32,000 nucleotides of DNA. It comes from an uncultured Actinomycetota bacterium (GTDB lineage: Bacteria; Actinomycetota; Actinomycetes; Actinomycetales; Dermatophilaceae). Position 1 is the first letter of the stretch, and each line of letters opens with the position of its first letter. The stretch lies in NCBI GenBank assembly GCA_963752705.1, contig CAVVZM010000002.1, forward strand, positions 440,877 through 472,876. Direction: 5' to 3'. A program made the position numbers and the translations under genes. Under the pieces are notes generated by a model that saw nothing but the letters and a program-made list of their open reading frames with translations, had not been told where the DNA came from and searched no databases. Shown here piece after piece: positions 8,505 through 15,796 of this stretch.

Positions 8505-9583
8505 GGTGAGCCACCAGGGCTGTGCCCGCCGGGGACGCCGGCCTGGGCGGGCCGCTCCCGCAGCGGGGTCTGCGGCACGGGCACCGAGTCGAGGATCGGC
8601 GTCAGCAGGTCGTCGGCGCTCATGTCCTCGGCGAGCGCCTCGTAGGAGAGCACGATCCGGTGCCGCAGCACGTCGCGGGCCAGGTCGCGCACGTCGCTCG
8701 CCAGCGCATACTCGCGTCCGCGCAGGTAGGCGAGCGCCCGGGCGGCCAGGATCATGTTGATGGAGGCACGCGGGCTGGCGCCGTAGGTGAGGTAGCGGGC
8801 CAGCTCGGCGCGCCCGACGATCGAGGGGTTGCGCGTCGCGGTGGCGAGCTGCACGGCGTACTCGATGACCCCGGGGTCGACGTAGACCTGGTCGGCCTCC
8901 TGCTGGTAGCGCCGCAGCGAGTCGGCGTCGAGCACCTGGTTCGTCGCCGCCAGGGCGCCGATCATCCGCTCGACGACGACGAACTCCTCGGCGGGAGAGG
9001 GGTATCCGATGAGCACCTTGAGCATGAACCGGTCGACCTGGGCCTCGGGGAGCTGGTAGGTGCCCTCGGACTCGATGGGGTTCTGCGTGGCCATGACGAG
9101 GAACGGGTCGGGCGCCGGGAAGGTCTCCCGGCCGATGGTCACCTGGCGCTCCTGCATGACCTCGAGCAGGGCCGACTGCACCTTGGCGGGCGCCCGGTTG
9201 ATCTCGTCGGCGAGCACGAGGTTGGCGAAGACCGGGCCCAGCGACACCTGGAACTCGCCGTCGCGCTGGTTGTAGATGCGGGTGCCGACGAGGTCGGCGG
9301 GCACGAGGTCGGGGGTGAACTGGATGCGCTGGAAGTCGCCGCCGATCGCCTGGGCCAGGGTCTTGATGGCCATGGTCTTGGCCAGACCCGGCACCCCCTC
9401 GACGAGCAGGTGGCCGCGGGCGAGGAGGGCGATGATCATCCGCTCCAGCAGGTCGTCCTGGCCGACGATGGTGCGCTTGACCTCATAGAGGGCCTGCTCG
9501 AGCGGATGCGTACGCGTCGGAGGCGTCGGCGGGACGGGCTGGCCCTGCTGGGGGTTGCGGTGGGGCTCGCGGGGGTGGTCCAT
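8483..9583 (-). CDS. moxR: MoxR-family AAA+ ATPase
   Basis: ATG 9583 is preceded by GGAG 5 nt upstream. Walker A is EGVPGLAKT, Walker B is LVLADEINRAP, followed by FLVMATQNPIE and YGASPRA. A roughly 30-aa low-complexity tail overlaps the DUF58 start by 22 nt. Confidence 0.92.
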   Translation of the reverse strand: MDHPREPHRNPQQGQPVPPTPPTRTHPLEQALYEVKRTIVGQDDLLERMIIALLARGHLLVEGVPGLAKTMAIKTLAQAIGGDFQRIQFTPDLVPADLVGTRIYNQRDGEFQVSLGPVFANLVLADEINRAPAKVQSALLEVMQERQVTIGRETFPAPDPFLVMATQNPIESEGTYQLPEAQVDRFMLKVLIGYPSPAEEFVVVERMIGALAATNQVLDADSLRRYQQEADQVYVDPGVIEYAVQLATATRNPSIVGRAELARYLTYGASPRASINMILAARALAYLRGREYALASDVRDLARDVLRHRIVLSYEALAEDMSADDLLTPILDSVPVPQTPLRERPAQAGVPGGHSPGGSPWTRPPR

Positions 9584-9591
9584 GGGGGCTC

Positions 9592-10503
9592 CTACTGAGG
9601 GGGGCTGCCGGCGGCGCCGCCGGCGGTGGCGATGGGGACGGCGAACCCGATGCCGACGAAGAACCCCTGCTGGCTGGGGTTGGCCAGGCCGGTGACGATG
9701 CCGACGACCTGCCCGGCGGCGTTGAGCAGCGGCCCGCCGGAGTTGCCGGGGTTGACGGCGGCGTCGATCTGGATGAGGTGCTGCAGGCTCTTGCCGTCGC
9801 CGACCTTCACGGTGCGGTCGAGCGCCGACACGACGCCGGCGGAGAGCGAGTCGGCGAGCCCGAGGGGGTGCCCGACGGCGAAGACCGGGCTGCCGACCTG
9901 CACGCCGCCGCCGAGGACGGCCGGCACGAGCGTCTGCGGGAGGGTGCTGGGCAGCAGCGTGGCGATGTCGCTGTCGGGGGTCTGGGTGACGACCGTCGCC
10001 GGCGACGAGGTGCCGTCGGTGTAGCTGACGGTCACCGAGTCGGCCCCCGAGACGACGTGCAGCGCGGTGAGGATGGTGCCGTCGGTCTTGACGATGACGC
10101 CGGCACCGCTGGCCTGCTCGGCCCCGGCGGCCGTGGTGCGCTTGGTCGTGATGAGGACGAGTGACGGCTGGATCGCCTGGTACGCCACGGTGGCGGCGGG
10201 TGGGGCGGCCGCCTGCGCCTTGGCCTGCGCGTCGACCCCCTTCTGCACCGCGGTGTCGACGTCCTTCTGGGTCACGGCCGGGGTGGGGTTCGGGCGGCTC
10301 AGCTCGAAGGCCAGCAGCGCGGCGACGAGGACGACCACGAGGGTGCCGACGGCCCACAGCCGGGCCGGCACGGCGGCCAGCCGTTCCCACGTCGCGACCG
10401 CCGTACGCCGGGCGCCGGCCAGGCGGTCGGGCCCGGGTCGCTGCGGATCACCACCGGGTGCTCCGGTGGTCTCCGCCGAGGGCGGCGCGATGAGGCGGGC
10501 CAC
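9592..10503 (-). CDS. Membrane-anchored trypsin-like serine protease (S1C/HtrA-like, no PDZ seen)
   Basis: 303 aa, GTG start. One TM helix (LWAVGTLVVVLVAALLAF). Catalytic contexts: ILTALHVV, DSDIATL, NPGNSGGPLL. Its stop lies 8 nt before the moxR ATG. Confidence 0.85.
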   Translation of the reverse strand: MARLIAPPSAETTGAPGGDPQRPGPDRLAGARRTAVATWERLAAVPARLWAVGTLVVVLVAALLAFELSRPNPTPAVTQKDVDTAVQKGVDAQAKAQAAAPPAATVAYQAIQPSLVLITTKRTTAAGAEQASGAGVIVKTDGTILTALHVVSGADSVTVSYTDGTSSPATVVTQTPDSDIATLLPSTLPQTLVPAVLGGGVQVGSPVFAVGHPLGLADSLSAGVVSALDRTVKVGDGKSLQHLIQIDAAVNPGNSGGPLLNAAGQVVGIVTGLANPSQQGFFVGIGFAVPIATAGGAAGSPPQ

Positions 10504-10603
10504 CTGGCGACTCTACGTTCGGGATCGCCGATCCGGCAGGCCCGGGGCCGGACTCATAGGGGTTCGATAGGTTCGGCGACCCCACCGAGATCCGCACCGA
10601 GAT

Positions 10604-11521
10604 CTACGCCGACGCGCCCACCGTGCGGAACCCGGCGTTGCCCATGGAGGAGTCGGGGGTGTTCGACGACCGGGCGGCGTTGCGGTAGCGGTTGCAGTAG
10701 GAGTCGTGGCACAGGTAGGAGCCGCCGCGCATGACCCGCGCGAAGCCGGAGTCGGGGCCGAGCGGGTCGGTGCGCGGCGACCGCGCGTAGTAGCTCGGGT
10801 GCCACCAGTCGGCGCACCACTCCCAGACGTTGCCCACCGTCTGGTGGAGCCCGAAGCCATTGGGGGCGAACGCGGTCACGGGGGCGGTGGTCAGCCACCC
10901 GTCCAGCGCGGTGTTGACCGTGGGGAACCGGCCCTGCCAGATGTTGCAGCGCCACCCACCGCCATCGGGCCGCTCGTCACCCCACGGGTAGCGGCCCCCC
11001 TCCAGCCCGCCGCGCGACGCATACTCCCACTCGGCCTCGGTGGGGAGCCGGCGGCCGGCCCAGGCGGCGTAGGCGCTCGCGTCGTTCCAGCTGACGTGGA
11101 CGACCGGGTGGTCGCCGAGGCTGTCGAGGTCGGACCGCGAGCCGCCCGGGTGGCGCCAGTCGGCGCCCTGCACGCCCACCCACCACGGGGTGCCGGAGGC
11201 GGGCCCCATGACCTCGTCGGGCGGCGCGGCCACGGCCAGGTGGAAGACGGCGGAGAAGCCGAACGTCTCCGCCTCGGTGCGGTAGCCACTGGCGTCGACG
11301 AAGCGGGCGAAGTCGTCGTTCGTCACGCTCGTCGTGTCGATGCTGAACGGCGAGAGCTGCACCGCGTGCACCGGCCCCTCGCCGTCGCCGACGTTGCGGT
11401 CACCGGTGGCGTCGCCCATGCGGAAGACCCCGCCCGGGAGGACGGCCTGCGGGACGGTAGTGCCGCACCTCACCGGCCGCCGGCGGCGCGAGCGGCACCG
11501 GCGCGACGGCGAGCACGACAT
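10604..11521 (-). CDS. Formylglycine-generating enzyme (FGE / SUMF1 family)
   Basis: 305 aa. Motifs: LPGGVFRMGD, HPVVHVSWNDASAYAAWAGRRLPTEAEWEYA, GNVWEWCADWW, and the active-site pair RGGSYLCHDSYCNRYR. The Arg/Cys-rich first 16 residues look non-native, so GTG 11473 is an alternative start. Confidence 0.9.
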   Translation of the reverse strand: MSCSPSRRCRSRRRRPVRCGTTVPQAVLPGGVFRMGDATGDRNVGDGEGPVHAVQLSPFSIDTTSVTNDDFARFVDASGYRTEAETFGFSAVFHLAVAAPPDEVMGPASGTPWWVGVQGADWRHPGGSRSDLDSLGDHPVVHVSWNDASAYAAWAGRRLPTEAEWEYASRGGLEGGRYPWGDERPDGGGWRCNIWQGRFPTVNTALDGWLTTAPVTAFAPNGFGLHQTVGNVWEWCADWWHPSYYARSPRTDPLGPDSGFARVMRGGSYLCHDSYCNRYRNAARSSNTPDSSMGNAGFRTVGASA

Positions 11522-11574
11522 CGTGGCGGGCCGCCGGCGCGCAGCAGGCGTGGTCCGCGGCCATGCGGCCCAAC

Positions 11575-12528
11575 CTAGCCGGGGCCGGTGGCGTCCAGCC
11601 TCGGCGTCCGGACGCGCTCCTGCGTGAGGCGCCGGGTCACCCCGATGTCGGCGTCGCCGAGACCGCGCTCGACGAGCTCGGTGAACGCGGCCCGGACCGC
11701 CGGCAGGAGCGCGGTGGTCGTGTCGGTGTCGGCCGCGACGTCGGCGGCGAACCCGACGTCCTTGAGCAGGTAGCGCGCCGCGGCCGACGGGTCGTAGTCC
11801 TCGGCCACCATCCGGGCGCCGCGGGTGCGGAGGATGCGGCTGTCGGCGTAGCCGCCCGCGAGCAGGTCGACGAGCAGGTCGAGGTCGAGGCCGCTGCGCT
11901 CGGCCAGCACCAGCGCCTCACCGAGGGAGAGCACCGTGGCCGCGACGATGAGCTGGTTGCAGGCCTTGGCCACCTGTCCGGCACCGAGCGGGCCGAGGTG
12001 CACGGGACGTCCGCAGGCGGCCAGGACGGAGGCAGCCAGGGCGGCATCGGCGTCGGACCCGCCGACCATGATCGACAGCGTGGCCGCGGCGGCCCCCTCG
12101 ACACCACCCGAGACCGGGGCGTCGACGAGGCGCACCGCCCCCTGCGTCTGCTCCTCGAGGCGGCGGCCGAGCGCGCGCACGCCCGCCGGCGACGACGTCG
12201 ACGAGACGACGAGCAGCAGGTCGGCGGGCTCTGCCGCCAGGATGCCGTCCGGTCCGTCGAGCACCGCCTCGACCTCGGGCAGGTCGGGCAGCATGAGCAG
12301 GACGACCCGCGCGGCGGCGGCGAGGGAGCGGGGCGAGTCGTGCCAGGTCGCCCCGGCGTCGACGAGGTCGCGGTAGCGCTCGGCGCCACGTCCGGTGATC
12401 CCCACGGGCGTACCCGGGCTCGCGAGCAGGTGGCGGGTCATCGGCCGGCCCATCGCCCCCAGCCCGATGACCCCGACCTCCGTGACCGACGTGGACGCGC
12501 TGTTCGGGGTCGGAGGGGTCGCGGACAT
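11575..12528 (-). CDS. NAD(P)-dependent oxidoreductase, 3-hydroxyisobutyrate dehydrogenase (HIBADH) / 6PGDH-NAD-binding family
   Basis: The real start is ATG 12528 (MSATPPTPNSASTSVTEVGVIGLGAMGRPM...), inside the 385-aa track ORF. Rossmann motif GxGxxG, then MVGG and GAGQVAKACNQ, which are typical of the family. Confidence 0.85.
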   Translation of the reverse strand: MSATPPTPNSASTSVTEVGVIGLGAMGRPMTRHLLASPGTPVGITGRGAERYRDLVDAGATWHDSPRSLAAAARVVLLMLPDLPEVEAVLDGPDGILAAEPADLLLVVSSTSSPAGVRALGRRLEEQTQGAVRLVDAPVSGGVEGAAAATLSIMVGGSDADAALAASVLAACGRPVHLGPLGAGQVAKACNQLIVAATVLSLGEALVLAERSGLDLDLLVDLLAGGYADSRILRTRGARMVAEDYDPSAAARYLLKDVGFAADVAADTDTTTALLPAVRAAFTELVERGLGDADIGVTRRLTQERVRTPRLDATGPG

Positions 12529-12577
12529 GGCCGCATCATGCCCGACAGGGCCGCCGTTGCTGGTCCCTGAAACAGGT

Positions 12578-12623
12578 AGCTCGGAGCCCCACACCCCCCA
12601 GGAGGGGTGCAACGCTCCGAGCT
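12578..12623. other. Two-tier perfect hairpin in an intergenic region
   Basis: Outer stem AGCTCGGAGC (12578-12587) pairs with GCTCCGAGCT (12614-12623). Inner stem CACCCC (12592-12597) pairs with GGGGTG (12604-12609). Confidence 0.7.
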
Positions 12624-12666
12624 GAGTGCGGCGCCGCGTTCGATCAGCACCGGGGGCACGACCGTC

Positions 12667-12700
12667 ACGCCGCGGGCGCGACGTATCGCGCCCGCGGCGT
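12667..12700. other. Perfect 15-bp hairpin with a 4-nt loop
   Basis: ACGCCGCGGGCGCGA-cgta-TCGCGCCCGCGGCGT, read directly from the sequence. Confidence 0.75.
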
Positions 12701-12739
12701 CGCCATCGTGCCCCACCCGCCGGCGGAGCCACAGCGGTT

Positions 12740-12799
12740 GTCGTAGCGGCTGGAGTGTCGCTGTCACGACCAGTTGGCCGCTACGACCGCCGCTACGAC
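12740..12799. repeat. 11-nt element present once inverted and twice direct, allowing alternative pairing
   Basis: GTCGTAGCGGC (12740-12750) is the exact reverse complement of GCCGCTACGAC at 12777-12787 and again at 12789-12799. Confidence 0.7.
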
Positions 12800-12834
12800 T
12801 ACCGGGGCCGACGGCCGCCGCACCCGGCGGGCGG

Positions 12835-13719
12835 CTAGAGGCGGTGGGCGGCGGCCCGCACGAGAACCGTGGCCCACGTGCGGAACGGCGCCCAGCGCTC
12901 GGCGAACCGGGCGTACTCCTCGTCGCTCATGGGCTCGTCGATGCCGTAGAGCCGGTGCACCGACGCGCGCCCACGGGGCTCCTCGGGGGCCAGGACGTCG
13001 GCGAAGCCGCACGCCCGCACGACGATGAGCGCGCTGTAGAAGGGACCGATGCCCGGCAGCCGCTGCACCGCCTCGCTCGCCGCCTCGGGCCCCATCGCGA
13101 CCAGCCGGTCGGCCTCGAGGTCGCCGGCCTGTGCCGCCGCTCCGATCGCCCGCAGCCGCGGCACCCGGTCGGCGGGCAGCCCCGGCACCCCGGGGTCGTC
13201 CGGCAACGCTGCCAGGGCGCTCGGCGGGGGCAGGGCCGCGACGGGCTGGCCCGCCAGGTCGAAGGTCTCGCCGTACGCCTCGCTCAGCCGCTGGCGTACC
13301 CCGATGCCCTGCGGGCGGGCGCGCCGGGCACTGACCACCGACCAGACCGCCGCCTCGTATGGGGAGTAGAACAACGGTGGTCGGAGACCGGGCGCCGCCT
13401 TCTGCAGCGCGCCGATGACCGGGTCGCGGCGGCCGAGCTCGGCGAACGCCTCGCCGTCGTGGTCGCAGGAGAGCACCCGCGCCACCTGACGGGCCACCGC
13501 GTCGGGGTCAGCGTCACCGTGGATGGTCAGGTGCAGCGTCTCGCCGTCCTGCCGCACCTCCACGCCCGCGGCGGTCTCCAGGTCGTGGTCGACGCGGAAC
13601 GCCATCCGCATGACCCCGTCGAAGTCCCGCTCGGCCCGGTGCCCGAAGCCGAAGAGCGCGAGCTCCTCCAGCGAGAAGGGGCCGCGGGTCGGGATGGTGC
13701 GCTGCTCGGTCGCCGTCAT
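12835..13719 (-). CDS. HhH-GPD superfamily DNA glycosylase (AlkA-like 3-methyladenine glycosylase II)
   Basis: The real start is ATG 13719 (MTATEQRTIPTRGPFSLEEL...), inside the 791-aa track ORF. Helix-hairpin-helix region VQRLPGIGPFYSALIVVRACG. The ATG overlaps the sulfatase stop (ATGA at 13719-13716). Confidence 0.72.
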   Translation of the reverse strand: MTATEQRTIPTRGPFSLEELALFGFGHRAERDFDGVMRMAFRVDHDLETAAGVEVRQDGETLHLTIHGDADPDAVARQVARVLSCDHDGEAFAELGRRDPVIGALQKAAPGLRPPLFYSPYEAAVWSVVSARRARPQGIGVRQRLSEAYGETFDLAGQPVAALPPPSALAALPDDPGVPGLPADRVPRLRAIGAAAQAGDLEADRLVAMGPEAASEAVQRLPGIGPFYSALIVVRACGFADVLAPEEPRGRASVHRLYGIDEPMSDEEYARFAERWAPFRTWATVLVRAAAHRL

Positions 13720-15149
13720 GCCCCTATGGTGACGCCGGGGTCCGACATCCCGGCCGGGACCGGCTGGCTCGGATGCGGCTCGTCCCCCACCGCCGCCTGG
13801 GCCCGCCACAGCCGCACCTCGAGGTCGGCCCGCACCACGGCGTACGCCGGGTCGTCGGCGACATTGCGCAGCTCCTCGGGGTCGGTCTCGAGGTCGTAGA
13901 GCTCCCACTCGGGCGGGTAGACACGGTCGCCGCAGCCGGGGTAGCCCATCCCGTCGTTGTAGAAGTAGATGAGCTTGTGCCGAGCCGTGCGGTAGCCGTA
14001 GTGGGCCGGCGCCTGGTGGCTCGGGTCGTCGTGCTCCCAGTAGCGGTAGTAGAGGCCGTCGGCCTCGGGCGGAGCGGCCCCGCCGGTGAGGTCGGCCCAG
14101 AAGCTGCGGCCCTGCATCCGCGGATGGTGCGCCACCCCGGCGGCGTCGAGGATCGTCTGCGCGACGTCCACGTTCGTGACGATGCCGGTATGCGTACCGC
14201 CGGCCGGGACCGCGCGCGGGTAGGACACGAGGAACGGCATCTGGAGCGACTGCTCGTACATGAACCGCTTGTCGAACCATCCGTGGTCGCCGAGGAAGAA
14301 GCCCTGGTCCGACGCATACATGAGCAGGGTGTCGTCGAGCTGGTCGTGCTCGGCGAGCCAGTCGACGACCCGGCCCACGTTGTCGTCGACGGACGCGACG
14401 CAGCGCAGGTAGTCCTCCATGTAGCGCTGGTACTTCCACAGCGCCTCGTCCTCGGGCGAGAGCCCTTGCGGCACAGGCTGTTTCAGGTCGGTGGCGTTGA
14501 GGTGCTCGGCGATGCGCATGGCCGCACGCTTGGCCGACTCCGAGCGGGTGGCCAGGTCGTCGGTGAACGTCGTGGGCACCGGGATGGGCTCGGTGTAGAG
14601 GTCGGCGTGGGCGGCGTCCGGCTCCCACGGCCGGTGCGGGGCCTTGTGGTAGATCAACAGGCACCACGACGCGTCCGGGTCGAGCGACTCGAGCCAGCGC
14701 AGCGAAAGGTCGGTGATGACGTCGGTGGCGTAGCCCTCCTCGACCCGCAGCCCGTCGACCGACAGGAACTGCGGCTCGACGTACTCGCCCTGGTCGATGA
14801 GCACGTCCCAGTAGTCGAAGCCCTGGGGGTCGTGCCGGATGCCGTCGGTCTCGCCGTCGCCCATGTGCCACTTGCCGACGATGGCCGTGCGGTAGCCGGC
14901 GTCGCGCAGCTGCGTGACGAAGGTCGGCTGCGAGGCGTCGATGAAGGTCCGCAGCGTGCGCACGCCGTTGACGTGGCTGTAGGTGCCGGTCAGGAGGCTC
15001 GCCCGGCTCGGAGCGCAGAGGGAGTTCGTCGCGAAACAGCTCTCCAGGACCACGCCCCGCCGCGCGATGTCGTCGATGCGGGGCGTGTGGTTGACGACCG
15101 AGCCGTAGACCCCGATGGCGTGCGCCGCATGGTCGTCGGTGAGGATCAT
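13716..15149 (-). CDS. Cys-type (formylglycine-dependent) sulfatase. No signal peptide seen. N-terminus looks clipped.
   Basis: 477 aa. Motifs: ILTDDH, FGly motif LCAPSRASLLTG (CxPxR), GKWHMG, and ASDQGFFLGDHGW. The in-frame sequence just upstream of the ATG still encodes ERRPNIA, the conserved sulfatase N-terminal motif, but has no start codon. Confidence 0.88.
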   Translation of the reverse strand: MILTDDHAAHAIGVYGSVVNHTPRIDDIARRGVVLESCFATNSLCAPSRASLLTGTYSHVNGVRTLRTFIDASQPTFVTQLRDAGYRTAIVGKWHMGDGETDGIRHDPQGFDYWDVLIDQGEYVEPQFLSVDGLRVEEGYATDVITDLSLRWLESLDPDASWCLLIYHKAPHRPWEPDAAHADLYTEPIPVPTTFTDDLATRSESAKRAAMRIAEHLNATDLKQPVPQGLSPEDEALWKYQRYMEDYLRCVASVDDNVGRVVDWLAEHDQLDDTLLMYASDQGFFLGDHGWFDKRFMYEQSLQMPFLVSYPRAVPAGGTHTGIVTNVDVAQTILDAAGVAHHPRMQGRSFWADLTGGAAPPEADGLYYRYWEHDDPSHQAPAHYGYRTARHKLIYFYNDGMGYPGCGDRVYPPEWELYDLETDPEELRNVADDPAYAVVRADLEVRLWRAQAAVGDEPHPSQPVPAGMSDPGVTIGA

Positions 15150-15264
15150 CGCGATGTTCGGCCGTCGCTCGGCTCGAGGTCCATGGCGCCATCGTGCCGG
15201 ACGGGTGCACGGCCGGGACTGCGGGCCTGACGACCAGATGTCCCGTTGCGAAGGGATATCCAGC

Positions 15265-15308
15265 GTCAGCGCGCAGATCGGTCGTCAGCGCGCCGATCGG
15301 TCGTCAGG
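15265..15308. repeat. 19-bp tandem direct repeat, about 2.3 copies
   Basis: Copy 1 is GTCAGCGCGCAGATCGGTC (15265-15283). Copy 2 is GTCAGCGCGCCGATCGGTC (15284-15302). A partial copy GTCAGG follows. Copy 2 contains the 8-bp palindrome CCGATCGG. The repeat overlaps the tspO stop codon. Confidence 0.85.
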
Positions 15309-15771
15309 ACGAGGGGTTGCGGGCCGCGATCGAGGCGTTGAGGGCGGTCGCGAAGGCGGTCCACGCGGCATACGGGGCGAGCAGCCAGCCGGCGGCGGGG
15401 TCGACGCGGGCGCTGCGGCGCACGAGGTCGAGGTTCGAGACGTTGAGGGCGAGGATCTCGGCGAGGGCCCAGCGCGGCTTCTTCGCGGTGAAGAAGACCC
15501 AGGTCCAGCCGATGTTGAGGACGAGGTTCGTGGCCAGCGCCGCGATGTACGCCCGGCGCTCGTCCTCGTCCTCGATGCGGTCGATCGTGCGCGCCGACCC
15601 GACGGCGATGAGGGTGTAGAGCGTCGTCCACGCCGGGCCGAACGCCCACCCGGGCGGCTGCCACGACGGCTTGTCGAGGCGGTCGTACCAGCGCGACCGC
15701 ACGTCGGTGCCGAGGCCCCCGGTCACGGCGGTGCCGACGAGGGCGGGGACGGTCCACTTCAATGCTGACAT
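15304..15771 (-). CDS. tspO: TspO/MBR family tryptophan-rich sensory protein
   Basis: 155 aa, five hydrophobic segments, Trp-rich. Hallmark KPSWQPPGWAFGPAWTTLY and LAPYAAWTAFATALN. A GGAG sits 6 nt upstream of the ATG. Confidence 0.9.
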   Translation of the reverse strand: MSALKWTVPALVGTAVTGGLGTDVRSRWYDRLDKPSWQPPGWAFGPAWTTLYTLIAVGSARTIDRIEDEDERRAYIAALATNLVLNIGWTWVFFTAKKPRWALAEILALNVSNLDLVRRSARVDPAAGWLLAPYAAWTAFATALNASIAARNPSS

Positions 15772-15796
15772 GGGCTCTCCTTCGGATGGGTGGGCG

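Noticed and set aside
5421-10503. The MoxR/VWA cluster as an anti-phage vWA-MoxR conflict system.
   Set aside because: The architecture is the classical housekeeping MoxR-DUF58-BatA/B type. I saw no effector domains (nuclease, TIR, caspase-like) and no signs of a defence island or mobile context.
10561-10604. Short direct repeats downstream of the FGE stop (GGTTCG twice, and CACCGAGATC at 10583-10592 and 10595-10604) as an operator for the protease-moxR operon.
   Set aside because: There are only two copies of each, no palindromic symmetry and no recognisable promoter hexamers nearby. I judged them too weak to call.
12600-13899. AGGAGG at 12600-12605 followed by GTG 12607, opening a 430-aa ORF antisense to the glycosylase.
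   Set aside because: The SD-to-start spacing is only 1 nt. The AGGAGG is part of a hairpin loop and stem. The translation is low-complexity, and the opposite strand holds a motif-bearing gene.
15265-15308. The 19-bp tandem repeat as a mini-CRISPR array.
   Set aside because: The copies are directly adjacent with no spacers, there are only about 2.3 units, and no cas genes are present.
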